Source of the DNA: an uncultured bacterium
GTDB taxonomy: Bacteria > Verrucomicrobiota > Verrucomicrobiia > Verrucomicrobiales > DEV007
Direction of reading: 5' to 3'
Assembly (NCBI GenBank): GCA_963977015.1
Contig: CAXBMO010000042.1
Location: 1-28,804 of the forward strand
DNA length: 28,804 nt
The position numbers and the translations under genes are program-made. The notes under the pieces were generated by a model. The model worked only from the letters and a program-made list of their open reading frames with translations, did no database searches and was not told the origin of the DNA. Positions 17,441 through 24,120 of the stretch are shown one piece after another. Position 1 is the stretch's first letter. Each line of letters starts with the position of its first letter.

Positions 17441-17469
17441 GTAAACGCCGAGTGGATATGAATCCCACA
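17441..17469 (-). promoter_or_regulatory. ECF-type promoter P5 (T-type variant; autoregulation of cascade 2)
   Basis: TGTGGGAT-N14-CGTTTAC upstream of ATG 17421. Confidence 0.75.
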
Positions 17470-17515
17470 AATTTTCGGACTTTTTTCGCAAGTGCCGATT
17501 CCTGGGAAAATAATC

Positions 17516-17544
17516 TGTGGGGTGGGTGCAAGACCGGCGTTTAA
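17516..17544 (+). promoter_or_regulatory. ECF-type promoter P6 (T-type)
   Basis: TGTGGGGT-N14-CGTTTAA upstream of tolC 17636. Confidence 0.85.
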
Positions 17545-17635
17545 GACGGTGTTCCGTCGCCCCTCCAACCACCAAAAGCATTTGCGTCATGTTAGGATGC
17601 GCCTATTTTGTTAATTTTTTCCTGATATTTAAGTC

Positions 17636-18982
17636 ATGCCCTCATTTCCGAATATCCACCTCCTCATCGCCCATCTGAGTTTGCTCTTTGGAGCGAGCTT
17701 CGTCACCAGTTGCGCCATCCCGGCCCATTCCGAAACGGAGGCTGCTGAGTTACCCAGTGTCGTCGCGAACTCTGGCCCCACAAATGATTCGACCAGCTTC
17801 ACCCCGGCACGCGCCATCGATCACGCCCTGGCTAACAACCCGGAATTACGGGCGGCGCGCTATCAAATCGCAGTGGCGCAAGCAAACTTAAAGTGGGCGG
17901 GTCGGCTGAATGATCCCGAATTCGAACTGGGAGCAAATACCGACCAATGGGGCCTGAACGACAACGAAAGTCTGGTCGAAGTCGCCCTCTCCCAGAAATT
18001 TCCGCTGACCGACCGCCTCAAGCGGGAGCGCAATCTTTCCGAAGTGGACCTGGCCCTGGCCAAGGCCGAAGTGCATGTGGCCGAATGGAACTTGGCTGCC
18101 GAAGTCCGCCAGGCGACCGTCGATGCATTGGCGCTTCAGCGGCAAATCCGGCTTCGACAAGAGTTGAAAGGGGTGCTGGCGGAATTGGCCGGGCAGATCG
18201 AAGAAGCGTTTCAAGTCGCGGAGGCTTCGCCACTGGACTTGACCGAGGCCAAGCTGGAGGTGGAGACGCAAACGCGGACGATCCGCGAATTGGAGGCGGA
18301 ACTGGTTCGCGTGATGGGCGGTTTGCGAGGCTTGCTGGGACTGCCGCCCGAATCCGCTGTAGCGGTCTCCGGAAACCTGGATGAACCATCTGGCTACCGC
18401 ATTGCGCCGGACGCGGAAGTGCTGGCGCAGCGTCCTGATCTGCAACTGAGCTTGCTGCAACAGCGCCGCGCCGAGGCGTCGATTGCACTGGCCCGTTCGC
18501 GGCGCTGGCAAGATGTAGCGGTGCGCTTGTTTTTGGAACGCGATGCGGCAGTGGACGAACCAGAGGGTCTGGAGCGAAACACCTTTGTTGGCGTCGGCTT
18601 TTCCTTGCCGCTTCCCCTGCGCACGCCGGAAGCGCGCCTGACCGATGCGCCCCGCCAGGAACTGGCAGCGGCGGAAGCTTCCACGGACGCGCTGGCCGCG
18701 ATGATTCGCAACGACATTACCACGGCGAACGAGGAACTGGCGCAGCGTCGCCAAGCCTGGGCTCAAGTGACAGCGGAGACTCTTCCGCTCGCTCGCCAAA
18801 ATGTTCGGGAAGTGCGCGAATCCTATCGTCTGGGAAAGGAAGGATTCGTCCGGCTGCAACGCGCTCAGGAGCGCGCGCTGGACATCGAAGAGAGCGCGAT
18901 CGAAGCGCTCCATCAGTATCATCTGGCACTCGCCCGATTGCGCAAAGCGGCGGCCGCAGATGTTTCGGAGCGATCGGATTGA
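17636..18982 (+). CDS. TolC/CzcC-family outer membrane efflux lipoprotein
   Basis: Lipobox VTSC, ALANNPELRAAR, RPDL motif, OEP repeats. Confidence 0.92.
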   Translation: MPSFPNIHLLIAHLSLLFGASFVTSCAIPAHSETEAAELPSVVANSGPTNDSTSFTPARAIDHALANNPELRAARYQIAVAQANLKWAGRLNDPEFELGANTDQWGLNDNESLVEVALSQKFPLTDRLKRERNLSEVDLALAKAEVHVAEWNLAAEVRQATVDALALQRQIRLRQELKGVLAELAGQIEEAFQVAEASPLDLTEAKLEVETQTRTIRELEAELVRVMGGLRGLLGLPPESAVAVSGNLDEPSGYRIAPDAEVLAQRPDLQLSLLQQRRAEASIALARSRRWQDVAVRLFLERDAAVDEPEGLERNTFVGVGFSLPLPLRTPEARLTDAPRQELAAAEASTDALAAMIRNDITTANEELAQRRQAWAQVTAETLPLARQNVREVRESYRLGKEGFVRLQRAQERALDIEESAIEALHQYHLALARLRKAAAADVSERSD

Positions 18983-19039
18983 TAGCGAAGGCCAGTCGAT
19001 GGAGACGCCTTTCCTGGACTTAAAATGAGATCATGAATA

Positions 19040-21100
19040 ATGGAAGACTCCCACGAAAACCACGCTCACGATCAAGGCACTGAGGATTCCGAGGCTCCGC
19101 ATGCCCACGGCGGCATCTTCGGGGAACGAACCGAACTGATATTCTCCCTCATCTGCGGCGCGCTTCTCCTTGTGGGATTCGTGCTCTCGAAAACTATCTC
19201 GTCTGGTAATACCCTCATCCCTTGGGTTTTCTATCTCACGGCCTATTTCTTCGGGGCCTGGTTTACCGCGAAAGAAGCCCTTGAAAAAATCCTGAAACGC
19301 CAGTTCGAGATCGATTTTCTCATGCTCGTCGCCGCGATTGGTGCGGCAACGCTGGGCGAATGGGCGGAGGGTGCCCTACTTCTCTTTCTGTTCAGCCTCG
19401 GTCATGCTCTGGAACACTATGCGATGGGACGCGCCCGCCGGGAAATCGAGGCTCTCGGCGAGCTTGCCCCGAAAACGGCCCTCGTCCGGCAGGGTGATTC
19501 GCTCGAAGAGGTGTCGGTCGAGGATTTGGAAGTAGGCGATATCGTCGTCATCAAACCCGACGAACGCGTTCCCGCCGACGGATTTGTCGTTAAGGGCGAG
19601 AGTAGCGTGAATCAGGCCCCGATCACGGGCGAGAGCGTTCCTGTCGATAAACGACCCGTCGATGATCCGATTGCGACCACCGTAGATTCCGGGAAGATCG
19701 CTCCCGAGCATCGGCTCTTCGCCGGATCGATCAATCAGAGCGGAGCGCTCGAAATGCAGGTGACAAAACTATCCGGCGAATCCACTCTGGCCCGTGTGGT
19801 CCAGATGGTTAGCGAGGCCGAGACGCAACAATCACCGACCCAACAGTTCACCGACCGGATCGAGCGCGTCTTCGTTCCTTCCGTCCTGATTCTCGTCGTG
19901 CTCTTGCTCTTCGCCTGGGCTCTCGTTGACGAAACTTTTGCTCAATCATTCTATCGCGCCATGGCGGTCCTTGTCGCCGCGAGTCCTTGCGCCCTCGCCA
20001 TCGCGACACCCAGCGCCGTCCTGAGTGGAGTGGCACGGGCAGCTCGTGGAGGAGTCCTCGTGAAGGGTGGCGGCCCGCTCGAAAATCTAGGGCAACTTGG
20101 AGCCATCGCCTTCGACAAAACCGGCACCTTGACTGAGGGAAAACCTCGTCTCACCGACGTCGTGCCTGCCGGTGAAGCCTCCGAGGAGGATCTGCTCGAT
20201 ACAGCCATCGCCGTCGAGCAACTTAGCGATCACCCCCTCGCAGCCGCCGTCGTCCGCGATGGCACCGAACGGCTCGGTCGCTCCGCCGGAACCGAAGCCT
20301 CCAATATTCAGAGCATCACCGGTCGTGGAGTTAGCGCGGAAATCGCAGGGGAGATTGTCCACATCGGCAAAGACGACCTTTTTTCAGAAGTCGAAGGTCC
20401 TACTCTTCCTGATGCCATTCGACAAACCGTCGAGAAGCTCGAAACCGAGGGACGCACTACGATGATTGTGCGCCGGGGAAATCGCTATCTCGGCGTGCTC
20501 GGTCTGATGGACACCCCACGCAAGTCCGCTCGGGGCATGATCGAACGGCTTCGTGGACTCGGCATCCAACGCATGATCATGATCTCCGGCGACAACCAGA
20601 AAGTCGCCACCGCGATCGCCAAAGAAGTCGGACTCGACGAAGCGTGGGGCGATCTCATGCCCGAGGATAAAGTATCCTCGATCAAAAAACTGCGTAAGCA
20701 GCAGGAAGTCGCCATGGTCGGCGATGGAGTCAATGACGCCCCCGCCATGGCCAACGCCACCGTCGGCATCGCCATGGGCGCGGCGGGATCTGACGTCGCG
20801 CTGGAGACCGCTGATGTCGCTCTCATGGCCGACGATCTCGACCATCTGCCCTTCGCCGTCGGGCTCAGCCGTAAGACCAGCCGCATCATCAAACAGAACG
20901 TCTGGTTCAGTCTCGGGATGGTCGCGATCCTCATTCCCTCCACCATGTTCGGTTTGAAAATGGGGGTCGCCGTGTTGTTCCACGAAGGTTCCACCCTTCT
21001 CGTCGTGTTCAATGCCCTGCGACTCCTCGCCTACCGGGAAAAGCCGGTTTCCGTCCGTGGTCAGTTGGCAGAACTGCCTCAATCATCGATGCCGATATAG
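19040..21100 (+). CDS. Heavy-metal P1B-type ATPase, P1B-4 subgroup (Co/Zn/Cd, CzcP-like)
   Basis: TGES, SPC, DKTGT, SDHP, GDGVNDAP and HEGST motifs; short His-rich N-terminus. Confidence 0.95.
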   Translation: MEDSHENHAHDQGTEDSEAPHAHGGIFGERTELIFSLICGALLLVGFVLSKTISSGNTLIPWVFYLTAYFFGAWFTAKEALEKILKRQFEIDFLMLVAAIGAATLGEWAEGALLLFLFSLGHALEHYAMGRARREIEALGELAPKTALVRQGDSLEEVSVEDLEVGDIVVIKPDERVPADGFVVKGESSVNQAPITGESVPVDKRPVDDPIATTVDSGKIAPEHRLFAGSINQSGALEMQVTKLSGESTLARVVQMVSEAETQQSPTQQFTDRIERVFVPSVLILVVLLLFAWALVDETFAQSFYRAMAVLVAASPCALAIATPSAVLSGVARAARGGVLVKGGGPLENLGQLGAIAFDKTGTLTEGKPRLTDVVPAGEASEEDLLDTAIAVEQLSDHPLAAAVVRDGTERLGRSAGTEASNIQSITGRGVSAEIAGEIVHIGKDDLFSEVEGPTLPDAIRQTVEKLETEGRTTMIVRRGNRYLGVLGLMDTPRKSARGMIERLRGLGIQRMIMISGDNQKVATAIAKEVGLDEAWGDLMPEDKVSSIKKLRKQQEVAMVGDGVNDAPAMANATVGIAMGAAGSDVALETADVALMADDLDHLPFAVGLSRKTSRIIKQNVWFSLGMVAILIPSTMFGLKMGVAVLFHEGSTLLVVFNALRLLAYREKPVSVRGQLAELPQSSMPI

Positions 21101-21243
21101 GGGGAACGGAAGCCCTGGTGCGAACTCCACGACCGCCGAATTGCGCTTTAATCCAACGCCATGGTATCGTCGAAAAAATAAAGGGAGAGCCAAAGCGGTG
21201 CGCTTCGACTCTCCGGTTGGTTAGGGCAGGTTGGGCAGGGATG

Positions 21244-21507
21244 TTAGTGTCCCTTGTTGCGGTGATGATAAGCCTGGAACTGGCTACTTCGGCTCTCGGT
21301 GGTTTTGGTCTTAGCGTTGCCTTTAACGTCCAACGCGATCGTCTTCGGACGCTGGGCACCGGATTGGTTCTCTTGTTGTTTCTGCTCCTGGCGCTCCTTC
21401 TTGTCTTTGTTCATGAACATCGAGTAGTGGCTCTTCGAGGGCGGAAAGGACCACGCCGCAGCGGCAGAGATTCCAAGAAGGGTTGCGATATAGATTGGGT
21501 ATTTCAT
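21244..21507 (-). CDS. Small secreted basic peptide, paralog 3
   Basis: MKYPIY...AWS|FPPSKSH...QRPKTIALDV...QFQAYHHRNKGH. Confidence 0.9.
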   Translation of the reverse strand: MKYPIYIATLLGISAAAAWSFPPSKSHYSMFMNKDKKERQEQKQQENQSGAQRPKTIALDVKGNAKTKTTESRSSQFQAYHHRNKGH

Positions 21508-21532
21508 TGGTGTGAGGTTTGTTGTTCAAAGG

Positions 21533-21562
21533 TTTAACGCCACCGGCCTCGCCTACCCCTCA
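21533..21562 (-). promoter_or_regulatory. ECF-type promoter P7 (A-type)
   Basis: TGAGGGGT-N15-CGTTAAA upstream of ATG 21507. Confidence 0.78.
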
Positions 21563-21703
21563 ACTTTTCGTGCCAGCCAACGCTTTTTTATTGGAAAGTT
21601 TTGGGTCGATTTCAAATTGTGCAGAAATAATCGAAAGAGTGAAATAGCAGCGGGCAGGATTTGTGCTTCTTCGCGAGTTGGCGATTCTTGCAAATCTTTT
21701 TTT

Positions 21704-21732
21704 TGTGGGGTGTCTGGAACAGAGGCGTTTAA
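21704..21732 (+). promoter_or_regulatory. ECF-type promoter P8 (T-type, probably leaderless)
   Basis: TGTGGGGT-N14-CGTTTAA, 6 nt before GTG 21739. Confidence 0.85.
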
Positions 21733-21738
21733 GCTCAC

Positions 21739-22329
21739 GTGACCAACTCCACCCCACCACCCAACAGACGATCGCACGGCGGGCGATCCGAATTCACTCT
21801 CAACCTGACGATTGTTTCCGCAACGCTGGCGTCAGTTCTTGTTGGAATGACCGCCTACGCAGCCTTCGAATTATTCTTCACGGATTCAACGATGAGTGCC
21901 CGCGATTTCTGGGCTCACCACTTCCTGCCTGCCGCGGTGATTGGATCGATCGTTTGGGTGACCCTGACCGTGCTTCTCCACAAATTGGTAGTGGAGCCGG
22001 TCCGGCAAATTTTCGGGCACCTTTACCGAATCGGTTCGGGAAGACTTGAGCCCCTCGAAATGGATTCTCGGATCCAGGAAATTCGGTCGGTGGCCGAAGG
22101 CGTAAATCTGCTCGTTAGACGCTTGAAAACAGCGCCGGACAACGCGCCGCTTGAGCGAGCAATCGGACACTTGGGCAAAGTTCGATCGGACATGAGCGCC
22201 GCGATTGATGCAGCCGGGAGCGACGCCGATCATCTCGTCGCAGCGATGAGTGACCTCGCCGCATTGGAAGCGGACCTTCTCGCCGTCGCCGAGACGAGTC
22301 GGAGTCTTGCGAGACTTAAACAGGCATAG
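21739..22329 (+). CDS. Two-TM HAMP-domain protein with no recognisable output domain
   Basis: Two TM helices flanking ARDFWAHH, then VVEPVRQI...IGSGRL...EIRSVAEGVNLL (HAMP pattern). Confidence 0.75.
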   Translation: MTNSTPPPNRRSHGGRSEFTLNLTIVSATLASVLVGMTAYAAFELFFTDSTMSARDFWAHHFLPAAVIGSIVWVTLTVLLHKLVVEPVRQIFGHLYRIGSGRLEPLEMDSRIQEIRSVAEGVNLLVRRLKTAPDNAPLERAIGHLGKVRSDMSAAIDAAGSDADHLVAAMSDLAALEADLLAVAETSRSLARLKQA

Positions 22330-22343
22330 AAATTCGAAAATTG

Positions 22344-22372
22344 TGTGGGGTAGCCGAATTGGCGGCGTTTAA
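22344..22372 (+). promoter_or_regulatory. ECF-type promoter P9 (T-type)
   Basis: TGTGGGGT-N14-CGTTTAA upstream of ATG 22411. Confidence 0.85.
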
Positions 22373-22410
22373 GCCATGGAGACCTCCAAAACCTCCAAAA
22401 AGTCCTAACA

Positions 22411-22746
22411 ATGAACAAGAAAATCTGCTTAGCCATGATTGCAACTCTAGCCCTGATGATGGGTTCGGGGTGGGCGGGGCCTTCAAGAAAATCAAACTGT
22501 TTTCTTAAGGCGCTTGGTCAATCAACCCGTGCGACTTCTCCGTATTATTCTCACCGAAAAGCGTCGGCGGTGAAAAAAGGTAATTGGCGCACAACTCGCC
22601 GGCGTTACAAGCGCGTTGCACCTTACCACGGCTACTATGCAATTCCGACCTACAGAAGATACGGCTATTACGGACATTATTCCCATCACTTTCATCATAA
22701 CCATCACGGACACCGTGGTGGCTTTAGCCATCACGGACACCATTAA
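22411..22746 (+). CDS. Secreted Arg/Tyr/His-rich protein
   Basis: Signal peptide GWA|GPSRKS; C-terminus YGYYGHYSHHFHHNHHGHRGGFSHHGHH. Confidence 0.8.
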   Translation: MNKKICLAMIATLALMMGSGWAGPSRKSNCFLKALGQSTRATSPYYSHRKASAVKKGNWRTTRRRYKRVAPYHGYYAIPTYRRYGYYGHYSHHFHHNHHGHRGGFSHHGHH

Positions 22747-22959
22747 CAACCTCCATCGGCGAAAACCGACCTTCTCGCTATACATTCGCGAAGTGCGCGA
22801 AGTGCGGAAACTTGGCAAGGAAAACTTCTTCCCCCGTTGGCTCTCAAAAAAAGGTGCGATCGAAGCACTGCGCGACTATCTCCTGCTCTTGGTCAAACTA
22901 CGCAAAGCTGCCGCTTTGGATCTGGAACATTTCTCGCATACTCCTCACTGACCTCAAAA

Positions 22960-24114
22960 ATGATATCCCGAACATTATTTTTTTCCTTCACCTGTTTGTT
23001 CCCTTTAACCGGCTTCGCCGAAGAGGCGATCGATCCCGAGCGCGCCGCCAACACCATCATTCTGGATGACATTGGCGTAGCCAACCTGCGCATCAAAACC
23101 GAACCGGTACTGGAAACCGATTTCGAGACCACCGTCTTCGCGATTGGTCGGATTCACGAAATTCCCGCGAGACGCGCGGCACTCTCTTCCCGAATTCCCG
23201 GCAGTATCAAGAGCATCAATGTTTACGAAGGTGACTTTGTGAAAAGGGGCCAAGTCCTTGCCGTGGTGGAAAGTCGCCAACCCGGGAACCCTCCTCCATC
23301 AGTCGGAATCGAATCGCCGATTGCCGGCATGGTGATCGCCTCGCATGTGCGCATCGGTCAGCCGGTCGAGCCGGCGGAGGAGTTGCTCGACATTTCCGAC
23401 CGCAGCAACATGTGGGCCGTGGCTCGAATCCCGGAGCAGGAGAATGCCGCGACCAAAATCGGGGCCAAGGCGCGTATCCGGGTTCCCGCGTTAGGCGACG
23501 AAACCATTGTGGCCACGTTGACGCGATACGGAACGTCTGCCGATGACAAAACCGGGACGGTGGAGGGTATTTTTGAGATACCGAATCCTGACCTAAAACT
23601 TCAGCCGGGGATGCGCGCCGAGTTCAACATCATCACGAGTACACGCGATTGGGTCATGGCGGTGCCGCGGGAAGCGGTGCAAGGCGATCCGACCAAGCGC
23701 CTGGTGTTTGTGAAGGATTTCGACCTTCCCAACGCATTCGTCAAAGCGCCGCTGGTATTGGGCGAACGTAACGATCGCTATTTCGAAGTGATCCAGGGCT
23801 TGTTTCCCGGTGACGAGGTGGTGACGAAAGGTTCCTACGAGCTGAGCTTTGCCGGTAGCGGCGGCGGGATGTCGCTCAAAGAGGCGCTGGACGCGGCCCA
23901 CGGCCACGAACACAACGAGGATGGTTCCGAAATGACGGCAGAGCAAAAAGCGGCTGCTGAGTCGGAAGGAGACGGCCACGGACACGGAGCTGGAGGCGAA
24001 CCGGGCATGCTCGATTGGATTATTCGCATTTGGGCCGCCGTGGCCACCGTGCTCCTGCTGGTTTGGCTGCAAGCCATTCTGCGCAAACGCAAAAGCCAAC
24101 CTGTCGCCGCCTAA
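22960..24114 (+). CDS. RND periplasmic adaptor with a His-rich segment and C-terminal TM helix
   Basis: ATG 22960; lipoyl halves, LQPGMRAEF, AVPREAV, GLFPGDEVV; HGHEHNEDG; hydrophobic C-terminus. Confidence 0.92.
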   Translation: MISRTLFFSFTCLFPLTGFAEEAIDPERAANTIILDDIGVANLRIKTEPVLETDFETTVFAIGRIHEIPARRAALSSRIPGSIKSINVYEGDFVKRGQVLAVVESRQPGNPPPSVGIESPIAGMVIASHVRIGQPVEPAEELLDISDRSNMWAVARIPEQENAATKIGAKARIRVPALGDETIVATLTRYGTSADDKTGTVEGIFEIPNPDLKLQPGMRAEFNIITSTRDWVMAVPREAVQGDPTKRLVFVKDFDLPNAFVKAPLVLGERNDRYFEVIQGLFPGDEVVTKGSYELSFAGSGGGMSLKEALDAAHGHEHNEDGSEMTAEQKAAAESEGDGHGHGAGGEPGMLDWIIRIWAAVATVLLLVWLQAILRKRKSQPVAA

Positions 24115-24120
24115 CCTGTT

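Noticed and set aside
16634-17590. 318-aa ORF as a single protein
   Set aside because: The N-terminal extension overlaps the anti-sigma gene and two promoters; the better start is ATG 17098 with an ATGA overlap.
22747-22959. Spacer with an open frame (22616-22951) and a CGCGAAGTG tandem
   Set aside because: No credible start outside the upstream gene and no recognisable family; possibly a relic but not supportable.
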